Assembly: GCF_009914755.1 (NCBI RefSeq)
Contig: NC_060927.1
DNA from: the human T2T-CHM13v2.0 reference genome, Homo sapiens
Reading direction: 5' to 3' (one strand)
DNA length: 64,000 nt
The number at the start of each line of letters is the position of its first letter. Positions within the stretch are counted from its first letter, which is position 1. Below the pieces are notes generated by a model, which was given only the letters and a program-made list of their open reading frames with translations, was not told the DNA's origin and did no database searches. The position numbers and the translations under genes were made by a program. Below are positions 26,367-39,500 of this stretch, piece after piece.

Positions 26367-29300
26367 GGAAGCCCCAGGAGAGAGGTAGACAGGCCTTACA
26401 GGCCTTATAGACATGGGCAGAGCTTCTTCTCCAATAATTCTCTCCCTTTTATCATTGCATTCAGTCTCTCCAAACATACTCATCTCAAGCATGTCACAAC
26501 ACATTGACATTCTCATATTTTGTCTCTTGTCTCCAATTCTGCCTTTTGGTTGAATCAAGGGGAATGCTGGAATTTCTAGAGTCGGGCCATCCTAGTCTCA
26601 TGTTTCTACCTCAGTCTCTGTAGGTAAAGCAGACAGATGGGCTCCCCTTTTCAAAGAAAAAAAGCCACCCTGCATTCATTTGCTTATTCATTGACAAAAT
26701 ATTAACCAAGTTCTTACTATATACTTGTCACTTTGCAAGGTGTCATGAGTATTGCAGTGCAAAAGATAGAAGCAGTACCCTTGTTTTCCCTGAGAGTTTC
26801 CAGTTAATGGGGAAGGTAGACCTTGTCAAAATAATTAAGTAAAAGAATAAACTAATGACCACCATTGAATGCTAACTCCAGGGCAGGCACTATTCAAAAG
26901 GCTTTAATCTCTGTAGATCCCCACGAAAACCCTATGAAATATAGATGATTACTATTTCAACCCCTTCTCCAAGCTTATAGAGTTTTAAGTGTTGGAGCCA
27001 GGATTCAGCTTAGAGGATCCACCCATTTCTGAAGAGTGCTCATAAGAGAAATACATTGTGCCCAGGGAGCCTGCCATCGATAAAAATTTAACACTCTTTC
27101 AGAAAATCAGAAAACCACAGTCCAAAATCATGGTGATTCGTTCTATAGGCAGGCTGCATGTTGCGTCTCATCACCATGGTAATGAGATGCATTCCTTGCT
27201 AACCTCTCTCTAGACCTCTGCAGATCTCCCATCCCCAGGGGAGCTCCTTGAAGATCATTTATGAGAATCAGCAGTAAGCACCAGTGGCCTTTCAGAACCT
27301 CTCAGAGAGTGCTTAATGCAGTAATTGTTTACTCTGATTTGTAATGAGAGAGAGTAACACGGTGATGTTAGGGACTGATTAATTTTCCTGAATGTGTTTC
27401 AGAGCAGAAGGCACCTTGCAGAACAAGACTCATTTTCTCCCCCTGTAGATTACCCTGTCTTGATTTTTTTTTGCAGCCGAACCCCACTGGCACACCTCAA
27501 AGCACAGCTTGCCTTAGCTTTGCATAATGTAAAATTGCTGAGATAAATTATTATCACATGCAGGATCAGTGATCACTTTTTTACCTCTAAATTGGTGAAA
27601 GTGTTGCCATGGAATCACTAATAAAAAGAAAGAGGTCCAGGGGTTGCTAGTTCATTTAGACGATCTACAGTTTGATTTCTTCCCCTTACAACAGGCACAC
27701 AGAAAGCAGCTAGCATTTACCAGGTGCAGAGTGGCCATTTTGAAATAGCTAGGAAGGAAAATGAATACTGAACACATGTAGTGGGCCAGAGAATATGTAA
27801 GATAGCTATGTTTTTATAAAGTAGATCAAATGAGTGTTTGGTAAAGTGGAATTTCTGAGACGTGCGAGTATGCTCCTAGGGGAAAAAGGCTTGTTTTGCC
27901 AATTGGGCTTTTGTTAGAGGCCACAGGGTGTGTTGCTCTGGAACTGAGGCTTTGTAAATTGGCCCTTACTAGCTGCTTTGTCTTGTCTTCTAAATTGCTT
28001 GAAAATCTATTAAGATATATGACCCACATAAAAGTAGCACCAGAGGCTTTCCGAATCATGGTCCCTGGGGATTGGATTTTACTTTATCACCCATTAACGC
28101 AGAAGGGATTTCATCAGTCGGCTTACCCTTCTCTCATCCCCGTGGGTTATAAAAATTCCAAAGATTAGCCTCTCTGGGATATAAGCAAAGATGTGAATAC
28201 CCAGACAGCTGTTTGACAGGCAGATATGCTGGGATTTACAGGGATGGCAGAAACGTGGGTCATGGGGGAAGATTAGATGTGGAGTTTGTGGAGAGGGTTA
28301 GTGAGATAGAAGTTCAAAATATTAGATAATTGGACTCCTTATTAGGAAGGTATGAACAGACGTTTGTTATTGACTTTCTGAAGAGGTGTCTGGGTCCCGT
28401 TTCACCAGAGCATCCTCTCCAAGGCATCGTTTTTTCCCATCCTGGCTTCTGGGGCTCAGTTTACCTTGCTGTGGTAGCATTTTAACCAAGCATACAAACT
28501 CAAAATGAACCAGATGCTTAACATGGTGAAAGGGGGCTGAGTCTTGCTGTGTCTACTCAGGCAGGATAAAGGAGAGGTTTGAACTACTAGCTGGTGTATT
28601 TAATTGCCTAAGCCAAAGGTCACAAACAGGTGGCTTGCTGGTCGTCCTAAAACATGTTTGGATTGGCTTGCCCTGTCTTTTGAAACTCCTGAATGAATGG
28701 CCAATATACATAAATTGGGAGATTCCACCCAAAATAGCTAGTTTTCTAGGTACTCTTGATAATAGGCTTCTTTGCTCCCTGTGATTAGACACCCTCCTGC
28801 TCCATTTCTTTCTGTTGCTTCCTGGCACCAGTGAAGTATTCTTTGTGTATTATTCTGAAGCACACCAACTGCATTGTTCCAGCATTTTCTCAGTGGCTGT
28901 GTCTGAAATATGATGAAGGGTCCCTCATGTCCTGTTTTACTGTACTTGCACACCTCCCGAGATTACTCACCCTTGATTTCATCCCTGGGTCTTTCTGTGC
29001 CTCAGTGACTCAATTTGTAGTGCACTCTTGGCCTCATTCCCTTTCCCAAGGATGCTATGGGGAGTATAAGAGAAACAAAGGGTTTGCAAGACGCCCTAAG
29101 CTCCCAGGGACAAATACACCACTCAGTCCAAACTTATGGCATGGTTACTGTTTGTATGGGCAGTTTAGATCTAGCCTCTGAGAGGTGGCCAGGGTTTCTT
29201 TCCTGCTTCGGCTGTATTCTACAGAGGGATCATAAGGACCCAAAGCACACTCTCTCCCTCCGCCCCTTTTATTCCCAGTTCTGCGAGATTGGCAGCCCCG

Positions 29301-31349
29301 TCTCTTCAGCCTTGCATTTATTAGTTGAGAGATGATTGCCCTCCGTTTATCTGTGACTGGGTTTTGCCTAAAGAGGATGGCTTCCTGCCAAAATGAGATG
29401 CATGCCTAATGAACTTGAATGCCTAGAAGCCTGGGCCTCACAGAGTCCCTCCATGTCAACCTGCAGCCACTGGGAAAATAAAGATTCCAGAAGGTTAATA
29501 CTGACTGAGTCAATTTCTTGACTTTAGTTTTCTATGCACATAATTCCCCTCACAGGATTGTAAATTCTTATTTTCTCTAAACAGTGCTCTAGGAATTCAG
29601 ATAGTCTCTTGTTAGTTTCATCTTTTCTAGTATTACTATAGTCTTGGTGTAGTTTTTTTGTTTCTTTGTTTGTTTTTTTAGAAAAGGGCAAATATGTGTG
29701 TGTGTAGAAGTGTGGTACAGTGGGGGAGTTTTATATTCTCTTACAATATTGAAGCAATTCTTCTGTAAGAACGAAATGAGGTTCTTTGAGTTTCCAATCT
29801 GGGAGTGAATGTCAAGTTCGGAGTCCACAATTGTGTCTGACTCAAAATAGGAAATTGAAAAAACTTGAAGAAATGATGACCGCAGAGATTTCCAAGCTCA
29901 CCTTGGCTTCTTAATCCCAGAGAAGATTAGATGGTAGGAGTAGAATGAGTCCTGAAAATTGAGTGATTTCAGGCTGTGTAATACCATGTTGCGGGCTTTA
30001 CAGAAACACAAATGATGGTTTGCAAAATACAGTGGCTGCCAAAACCAAGTGTCTGAAAGATGACAGATTGTAGCCTGTCCAGTTGTGACCCTGAGATGAC
30101 AAAGCCAGAGTGGCCACCTGGCCCATTGTTAACTCTTTGATTTACATGTAGCAGGCTTCGGCTCATCTCCTTAGCAATAAAGTCCCAATAATGTGGTCCC
30201 TGACCTCACCCTCACACTGACAGGTGCCTTTTCCGCCAGGGCATTCGCCACACACCAGGAAGAAAATTAGTGCTCTGATGCAAGGATTTACCAAATGACC
30301 TCTCTGGGGAGTGTAAAGAGTTAATGTCATTTTCCAACCTGCCTAATTTACTCTAAGAGGGTATTAATGTCTTTTGAGCGAATCAGAAGCCACGAGTGCC
30401 TGGGGAGACAGGACTGGGGGGCAAAATTAAGGAAAATACATAAATGTTACCCCCCTTTTCCAAAGTATCTCATTATAATACATTTACATATAACTCTTTT
30501 CTTAGCCTACAAGTGTTTTGACATTCCAGCAGTCTTTCAAAATGGATCTTTTCCCCCCTCCCCTTTTTCTATTTGCAACTTCTATGGGGTCTAGCAGAGC
30601 CAGCACTGAGAACCAGCAAACCAGGCTTTTACTCTTAGTTATGCTGCTATCTTTTGTCCCTGAGCTGGTCACTTCTCAGCCTTTTCAACTCGAAAACAAA
30701 TGGGTTGAGTTAAATTATTTCTAAGGGTCCTATGCTTTATGATTTAATGGTTTAAATGTTTTCAAAAATCAATGTTTAAAACACTTCTTTGAATTACAAC
30801 ATATTTTAAATGCATGTAGCATCTTTTCTCCTCATTAGGGCACTATCTAAACATAAATTTATGATATCCCCTCATAGAATACTTAAAAGCAAATGAAGCT
30901 GGTGGGGTTTCTGGGTCATTTTATCAGCAGCAAACACAGCATAACTGTGTCAACCTTTAACCACAGCCACATTTGACCTCTGAAAAAGGCTTGATGACTG
31001 CAGAACTGGCCACCCATGACCTTCTAACTCCATTCACCTTCACCCTGTCCTAATTGGTGATCCCAGTGCTTCTCAGAAATCCTTGGAGCTTAAATACATC
31101 CAGGCAGGCAGGTGGGGTCTTTAAAGGATGGCTATCATCACAGTACACAAGGTTTTCTCCTCAAAGCATGAAACTCCACAAGCAGTTCCAATATCGTGAG
31201 TGAGATCAGGATCAAAGAACCAAGAGAAGGGCTTCTTCTCTAGGAGAAGATTATTTATTTTGTTATTCCAAAAGTGGGCAATACTTTCTGAAAATTTTGT
31301 TCTGTGTCCAAAATTTATATAATCTAGTTTTCTATAGTTGATAATGCAG

Positions 31350-31555
31350 CTGCGCTTTAACATGCTAGTCATAAGCCAGGTGTGAACACTCAATGTAAAT
31401 GAATTACGTTCATGTAAAATTAAAAATTGAGTTCCTCAGTTACCCTAGCCACATTTCAAGTACTCAGTAGTCACATGTGACACAAGGCTACCACATTGTC
31501 CAGCGAAGATCAGTAACATTCCTGCTGTCACAGAAATGTCTACTGGACAGATCTG
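31350..31555. mobile_element. MER3-type hAT-Charlie MITE
   Basis: aaaaattgagttcctcagttaccctagccacatttcaagtactcagtagtcacatgtg. Confidence 0.8.
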
Positions 31556-32587
31556 GAAGAAAGTGGATAAATGTTCAAACCTTCAGGAGCTATTTGTTGT
31601 TTCCCCTTCCATCATTCTTTCAAAATATATTAACTTAAAAGGAGTAGGCCAGAGGCTGAAAAAATCATGCAGAGTGCTTTCAATACATTGTTTAATTTCT
31701 CTCTTTGAGGTAAGTGCATTGTATCTTTTTACAGAAAAGAAAACTGAGTCCCAAGATCACATACTTGGTCAGTGCAGAGCTGGGATGTGTAAACAGTCTT
31801 TCAGATTCTAAAGTCTGTGTTAATCTTGGATAAAAATTATTTCTGGAATTTTTTTATCTAGAAATTGTAGGAAAACAGTAAGTTTCTGGACTCAATTATC
31901 ATCACGATCATCATGATTACCATCCTCATCATCATTTGTAAGAAGTGAGTGAGATTTTGTTTTTATATTTTGGAAAGGATTCTACTTTACAACAGGAACC
32001 TAGGATTTTAATGGCTAGATCACTTCAAAGCCAGGCTAAGACAGAGAACAGGACAAGGGGAAAGAAAGAAAGAAAACAAAAGAAGTAAGATAAAATAAAG
32101 GCAAACATGCATACGTAACTCAAATGTTTGCATTTTACTTGTGCATTTGTAATCACTTTGTTTTGAGGGCTATAGACTTCATTTAGTTCCCTATAGAGCT
32201 AGCATCCTTCCAGACCTTGCAGGTAAATATAAGAGTGAGGTACTTGATATGCGGTGTGTTTCTTCTCTGTGAATCAATTCAGCTGAGAAGCAAAGAACTG
32301 CACTTCAGACTTCAGGCGTTTTATTCCTTGGCAACCCACTGTAGTGATATTACAAACATTGAACCTGTTAGACTAATGGAAGTAAATGTTGTAAAAGCTG
32401 TGAAAGTCACTGGAAAATATTCACTCATTTGTGCAAGGATAATTTACCAAGTACCCACTATGTGTGAGGCACTGTGCTACACACCAGCTCGAAAAAAGGT
32501 GACATTAAAATACAACCCCTTCACCTGAGGGGCAAATTATTGGATATGGGCTGTTACATAAGCAACTCTAAAATAGTATAATACAAT

Positions 32588-32780
32588 CAGCAGTGTAGGT
32601 AAATGTTTTATATCCAGCTCCTTAGGAAAAAAAAGCAGTATTTGTCTCATTTGCTATCGTCATGGTGTAAATAAATACTCCCACTATGATCAATATCAGG
32701 TTACCAACATAATGTCACTAAATGTGGAGTTGGAAAGAGATTGCTTATTGTAAGCAGTACAAGCCAGATCCAGCGCACTG
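32588..32780. mobile_element. MER63-type hAT relic
   Basis: ggtaaatgttt...ggtgtaaataaatactcccac...gtcactaaatgtggagttggaaagaga...ccagcgcactg. Confidence 0.7.
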
Positions 32781-32900
32781 TATAATGTATTATTTATGTT
32801 ATATCATATTATCTGATATAGTATATCATATTATCTATATACATATATAAATATACATGGATATAATATATACAAAATATAATAAATGTAATATAATTTA
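32781..32900. repeat. AT-rich low-complexity (TA)n-like tract
   Basis: Seen directly in the sequence. Confidence 0.8.
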
Positions 32901-32960
32901 AAATCATCTAATACCATGTTAAGAAGATATAGCCTATTGGTTAAGAGTTTAGGTTTGGGA

Positions 32961-33183
32961 GGCCTCACACCTGTAATGTCAGCACTTTGAGAGACTGAGG
33001 TGGGAGAATCACTTGAGCCCAGATGTTCGAGACCAGCTTGGGCAACATAGGGAGAACTTGTTTCTAAAAAAACAAAAACATTAGCAGGCAGGATGGTGCA
33101 CACCTGTGGTCCCATCTTCTTGTGCCATTGCACTTCAGTCTGAGTGACAGAGTGAGACTCTGCCTTGTTAAAAGAAAAAAAAA
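32961..33183 (+). mobile_element. AluJ, 5'-truncated, with ~60-bp right-arm deletion
   Basis: J-type cacttgagcccag; right arm jumps from cccatcttct to tgtgccattgcac; flanks agtttaggttt / agttaaggttt. Confidence 0.85.
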
Positions 33184-35539
33184 GTTAAGGTTTTGATATC
33201 AGACCAATGTGACTTTAAATTGCGACCATTATACTCATTATACTTTATACTCATTATAATCAGTCAGGGATTATACTGACTGGCTGAGTTCTTTAAGCCT
33301 CTGTTGTCTCATCTATTCAATGGGAGAAAAGCTAGTAGCTTCTTGCCTAGGACTGTTGTAAGGGTCAGCACAGAAATGCTTAGTTCAGTCCCTGATCCAT
33401 AGTTAAGTATTTGCTGATGTACAAGTGAGTAAATGAGTCAATGTCAATTGGCAGCATCGCTGGAGTATGAAGTAAATCGCTGTAAGAACCTAGAAGAGGA
33501 CGAAATTCAGCTCATGGTAAATCAGCAAAGGCTTCACATGAGGAAACGTTTGAAATGGGCCTTGATGGCTAAGTAGAATCTTACCAGGCACATAGAGAAA
33601 AGAGGCTCATTCCAGATAGATGCAGTAGTGGGAGCAATTCTATTTGTTGTAGTGGTGGTGGCAGTTTTTCTTTAAGAGGTATATAGTGCCTTAGTCTGAT
33701 ATGCCTCCTTCTTTTCCTAAAAACTGCTAGGAGCTGCTACACATCTGCTTCTGCTGTTAGGCAATGAATGCCATCTTCCCTAATACCCACTGAGCCCCCC
33801 AGAGATAACAGCCATGCATCCCTTTTCACTAGGTCTTTGTGAGTACTTCTGTGAAGAACATGCTGACTTTTTGCCAATAGCTTTTGTTTACTGAAGCCCC
33901 AGAAACTGGTGAGAGAGATGTATTAATGATGGGGCCTAATCTCTATTGTATTTTACTGAAATTCCATTTCAGCCACAGAAATGCCGAATGCCTGCCGGTG
34001 AAATGTAATTTCTTGAAGTATCACTTATTAAAGGAAAGCATATTTCATCTCTCCATGTCTGAGGTTTATTCAAACAAAGGAAATGGGTTGTTACCAAGGA
34101 AAGCATAACTCAAAATCCCAATTATGACTGTTAAACCACATGTGAAATTACTTTTAATAATTAAAAGTGGCTCTTGCCACTCCGCAATCCTAGTTCAATA
34201 TTAGGTCTGGTGCCATTTTAAGGAAAGCTAATAATCTCCAGTAAATCCCCTTGACCTTAATTGTCTTCACATCCACCCTTCAATGACCTTTATCGCTTTG
34301 ATGGTTAAAATCTAAAATAAATGATACTAACAGATCTAATGTGCAACTGCATCATGTTCCTTTATTTTATGCATTTGTTATGGTTCCATTATACATTTTC
34401 TCCAAAGAGGCAAGAGTGTTTTGAAAAAAAACTCTTATTACATGTATTTTTTAATTCAATTTTTAAAGCAGAGAGAAGAAAATGTCAATAAGAAAAGTGT
34501 CATTTGGGAGAGGAGGTAAAACAATGGAAGGAAAAAGAAACTGAAAAGGGATGGCAGTACAGAAGAAAGTCAGTAATTATAAACTTCACTGGCAAAATAC
34601 AAATGTAGCATCCAACCGTAAAGCCTAAGAGAGCAACTAAAGCTATTTCTAGAAGCAACAAATTTATGTAAGTATTTGCATCTTGAATAATAATTTCTTT
34701 TACAAAATATTCTAAGATTTGGAAAGCCTGTAGCCTCAAGGACAGAGTATATCTTGGCTGCTTACCACAGCAGTCCATTTTGATATCTATATTTTATATT
34801 TAGGAATATTCTTGGATTCACATTTATAACTTGTTTCTTAGAGATTGCACATGCAGTGTAGATATTGTAGATTTAATTGTTTCTCATATTTTAAACAGTT
34901 GATGTTACTTTTGTTTCATTGTGGTCTACATTTCTGCCATTTTGCGTAACGATACCTTATTCTTCTTTGGAAAAGTTGCTCTGCTCTACTATGCATTTCT
35001 TTAATCAGGCATTTATTTATTCATTCAAAAAAGGTTTCCCAAGCATTGTATTATGTGTTGTAACTGTATTTGTTGCTTAAAATATACAGAAGACGTGTAT
35101 ATCATCTGTCCTTTTAAAGAGAGTGTAGGGTGAAGAAAGGTGGAAGAGAGACATCATGGCGACTGATAAACTAAAGAATGATATAGGCATATGTACTGAT
35201 TTTATGGAAATATGTCATTTATCAGCATATCTCGAAAACTCTGCCTGGTTGAGGGAGCCATGGAGGAAGTAAAATGGTTTCCTTCAGGCTCGTTCTGTGT
35301 TTTACATGAACGCAACCTCGTAAGGCAGCACTGAGAGTCAGGACATTGTCCCTGAGACCTGGTCAATACTGCTTAGGGCTGGCTGAAGAACCTCTGTCCA
35401 TGGTTCCAAAAACAGCCATCAATTCTCTCTTCCAGGAGTCACACCCACACACCCATATACACATCCAAAAATGCACACCCATTCAAGCAACTACGTATCC
35501 ATTAACCTTGGTAAATGCTTTCTTGCTTGAAACAAATTA

Positions 35540-36610
35540 TTTCCCTTTTTTTCCCTATCACTCTTAGAATGAAATTGAAATTCCTAGGAGATTTGTCTTA
35601 TTCCAAGCTTTCCCTTTACACAGCCCTCCAACCACACTGGCCTCCTTCCTATGTCTCAAACAAGCCAGGCTTGTGTCCATTTAAGGCTTTAGCACAAGCT
35701 CTCTGTTTGCCTTAGTACATTTCCAGAGAGCATCAAATGCTTCAATCCTTCTTGTCACTGAACTCTCAGTTTTAAACGTCTCTTGAGGAGGAATTTGCTT
35801 AATGATCTTATAAAAACTATCCCAGTTTCACCACCCAGTGAGTCTTTATCATGGTTTCCCTTTTAATGGCAAATATTTGTATGTAACAATTTATTATTTT
35901 ATTATTTATATTAGTTTATTTTCTGTCTTCTTCACCAGAATATAAGGTCAATAAAAGAAGGAACTTTATCTCTAGTATTAATCCTAAAAACCAATTCATT
36001 GTAAATATCAATGAGATCTTAGCCGTCATGGGAGCCAGGCTCCAAATGGCCCAGTGATCCTCTCCTTCTGCTCTTCATGTTCTGGGGTAGTCAGTCCTTT
36101 AAGGCTGACCTCTAACCAATGTGATAGTATGGAAATTACAATGCATGACTTCTAACGCTAGGTCATAAGAGAAATTGTCTACCTCTGTTTTGGGTTGCTC
36201 ACTCTGGGTAAAGCCAGCCACCTTGTCATGAAGACACTCAAGCAACTCATGAAGTGGCCCCCATGGGGAAGAACTGAGGATTCCTGCCAGCAACCAGCAG
36301 CATGTGAGTGAACATCTTGGAAACTGATTCTCCAGCCACTCTCAAGGCTTCAGATGCTACAGCCCTGGTTGATATTTTGAGCACAATGTCGTAAGAGGCC
36401 CGGAGCCAAAACTACCCTACTAGGCTGCTCCTGAATTCTTGACACACAGAATCTGTTGGGGACAATGAGTGTTTTATCTAAGCCACTAAGTTTGGGGGCC
36501 AGTTGCTATGCAACAACAGATAAGTAGTATGCCTATGCTGCACTAACTGCTAGGTCTTGCTGGGCACACAGTAGGCAGTCAATATTTGCTGATATTTAAG
36601 TGAATAAAGG
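35540..36610 (+). mobile_element. L2 3' relic interrupted by an MLT1 LTR
   Basis: ccacactggcctcc...ccagaatataagg; tail ggcacacagtaggcagtcaatatttg at 36563-36590. Confidence 0.65.
36025..36531 (+). mobile_element. MLT1E/F-type MaLR LTR
   Basis: gactt...ctaggtcataag...ggaagaactgagg...taagccactaagtttggg...gcaacaacagataa. Confidence 0.8.
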
Positions 36611-38024
36611 GGTGTTGAGGAAAACTCCATTTCATTTAGCTGCATTTAAATAAAGATGAATTATAGCTTCACTGCAAGATACAGGAAGTAGCCAAATTTT
36701 TAAGTGTATTTTACAAAAGATGCCTATGAAGAAATCAATATCACAAACCTGAATACTCGATTCAAGCTCTGGCAGCTTTCTTATTTAACTCCCAGTTGAT
36801 TTGTTTTCACAGAGTAAATTACCAGAAGGGCATTTGTCTCATTCTCTCTTTACTAAAAGGTCTTTAACTTCTATTTGCAGGTGTTTTTGCCTTCTAATCT
36901 TTCTCTTCATTGTTTCTCCAGATTTTGTCACGATAACAGATGTACTTTTTGTATTCTTTCAAATCCTGCCATTTTGCTTAAGAAGAAAAAAGATTTAAAT
37001 CAAATTGTGGTTCATTTGTGATACTCTCCACAGACATTTATAACTGACAACTGAATGCATCAGTTACTTTAAACAGCCTGACTACAGTCATTCATAACAA
37101 AACAAAGAGGAGTGACTAGCATAGGACTAACTGATGAGCAGTTCTGTGGAGTTGAGGAAGGTTGTAATACTTTACATCTACAACTTAAGATTTCACAGAA
37201 GTCTCTGAGACATATTTACATTACAGATTATGATTCAAATTTTAAAGCACAAGGCAACATTGTTTGGCCCAGCTACTTGATTATGACTTCTTTTCAATGT
37301 GCTGTTCCCCTGTAAACATCATGGTTGACGTTTCAGGCATTTGCTTCTTCTCTCTACCAAGGACTTGTTTTCATTAACATTGATGAACAGCTTTCATTTT
37401 ATCTGTGTGTATTCTACAAAAAGCAAACCTTGTTTGAAATTTGTTTCATATTGGAAGAATTTACTTCATCTCATAGTCACAGTGGGCCTTTAGCTGCCAA
37501 TTTAAAATGAAGAGACACTTTGCAAAGTGTAAGTTATTTTATTTTAATGACATTTTATACTCACGATTCACATTTTTGTGCAGGTAAAATAGGATATCAT
37601 TAAGATCACCATCATTGTGATATCTTGCAGAGTTAAATTCTCTGGCTGGGAAATGTTTAAGCCTCAGTAGTTTTTGACCACAAATTCACATTTCAAAAGA
37701 AAATATATTCAGGGTTCAGAAAACAGCAGGTGCAAAGGGAGTTATAGCTATCTCTTTTAACTATTAGGAGGAAAACTAAAATTGGCAACAATAGACTTGT
37801 CATTCTCTGCACTTTTATTCTTAATGATAATTATATGATGAAGGAATACACATTAGCAATGGCAATAGAGATATCAAATTGTATAGCATTATTGCCACCA
37901 TTCTAGGAATAGAAAAGCAGAGTAAGAAGAAAAAGAGGCATTAGTGTTATTTATCATTGATGAGATGTGGAAACATGAGATTCGCATTTTGCAATGCACA
38001 GTGACATTAAACTCTAATCTAGTG

Positions 38025-38215
38025 CAGAGTTCCTCAGTAGCAACATTACTGACATCTTGGGTTGGAGAATTCTTCATTGTGGGGACCTGTCTTATCCAAC
38101 ATAGGATGTATAGCCACATCCCTGGACTCTGCCCACTAGACGTTGGTAGCATCACTGTAGTCCTTACTACCCAAAATGTCTCAAGACTTTGCCAGATGTC
38201 CCCTAAGGGCCACTG
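38025..38215 (-). mobile_element. MER20 hAT-Charlie relic
   Basis: catccctggactctgcccactaga...caaaatgtctcaagactttgccagatgtcccct. Confidence 0.85.
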
Positions 38216-38302
38216 CTCTTGTGTACCAGATAAGTAAAAACATGGGACATTGAGAAGTGGAAGATCTACACTATCTTTACCGAAAAGACCCCCATACATG
38301 GG

Positions 38303-38730
38303 TGTATTAGTTCATTCTCACCCTGTTATAAAGAAATATCTGAGACTGGGTAATTTATAAAGAAAATAGGTTTAATTGGCTCATGGTTCCTCAGGCTGTA
38401 CGGGAAGCAATGGCAGCCTCTGCTCTGCTTCTGAGGAGGCTTCAGAAAACTTAGAATCATAGTGGAAGGCAAAGGGGAGGCCAGTACTTTACATGGCTGG
38501 AACAGAAGGAAGAAAGAGAGCGGAAGGGGCTGTACTCTTTTAAACAATCAGCTCTCATCATAACTCAATTACTTGTTAACACTCATCAACAGCACTGAGG
38601 GGTTGGTGCTGAGTCTTTCATGAAGGACCACCTCCATGATCCAATCGCCTCCCACCAGGCCCCACTTCCAACGTTAGGTATTACAACTTGACAGGTGATG
38701 TGGACGGGGACACAGACCCAAACCATGCCA
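38303..38730 (-). mobile_element. MST (MSTA-like) MaLR solo LTR
   Basis: TG...CA ends; TSD atggg/aaggg; homologous to 22205-22584. Confidence 0.9.
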
Positions 38731-39289
38731 AAGGGTAACTGGCACCATTGACCCAGATAGTAGCAGAGACTCACACAGCTGGAAGGGGCTTTGGGAGATA
38801 TATAGGCCATCTTTATTTTATGAATGGAACTCTGCAACTCTGCAAGGAGCATAGATTTGTTCAGAGTCACACAGCTGGGTTGTGTCAGGCTTGAAACTTG
38901 ATGTTGTACTACTTGCATGCTGTTTTTTCTTCTTAACTGAAGATAGCTCATCCTCTGCAAATCTTGTATTTAAATCTTCTTTATTTTCTGGAAAATGGGT
39001 TGGGTTTGCATTATATTAGCCCACGGGAATGACCAATTGTGCGGCAAAGAAAAAACACCGTTCTCATGCTGAACAATTGTCTATTCCTTCTGGGATAGGC
39101 TGCAGAGAAAAAGTAGCACTCTCCTCTAGGCAATTGTCTATTCCCACTATTCAAGATGGTGAATAGTGGGAAATCTAGATGTTGGATTTTGTGCTACGTT
39201 AAATAACTCCTATAAGTATACTAATGATATGAGTTTAAAGACTACAACTTTGACAGATGCATGTTCAATATAAATGATGCAAAATCCAG

Positions 39290-39500
39290 TCATTGCTTGG
39301 GTTCAAATTTCAGTTCAAATCACTAGCTGCATAACCATGGGCTAATTAGGTAACTTCTCTGAGCCTGATTCTTCAAATCTGGGGGCAAAATGAGTTATAG
39401 CCTAACTCATAAGGTTGCTATATGTATGAAATGAAATAATGCATATAGTTGAGCACAATTTCTAGTATATAGAAAGCACTATCTAAATGTAAGTGCTGTT
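39290..39500 (+). mobile_element. MIR
   Basis: gggttcaaat...ctagctgcataacc...aaatgaaataatgcata. Confidence 0.7.
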
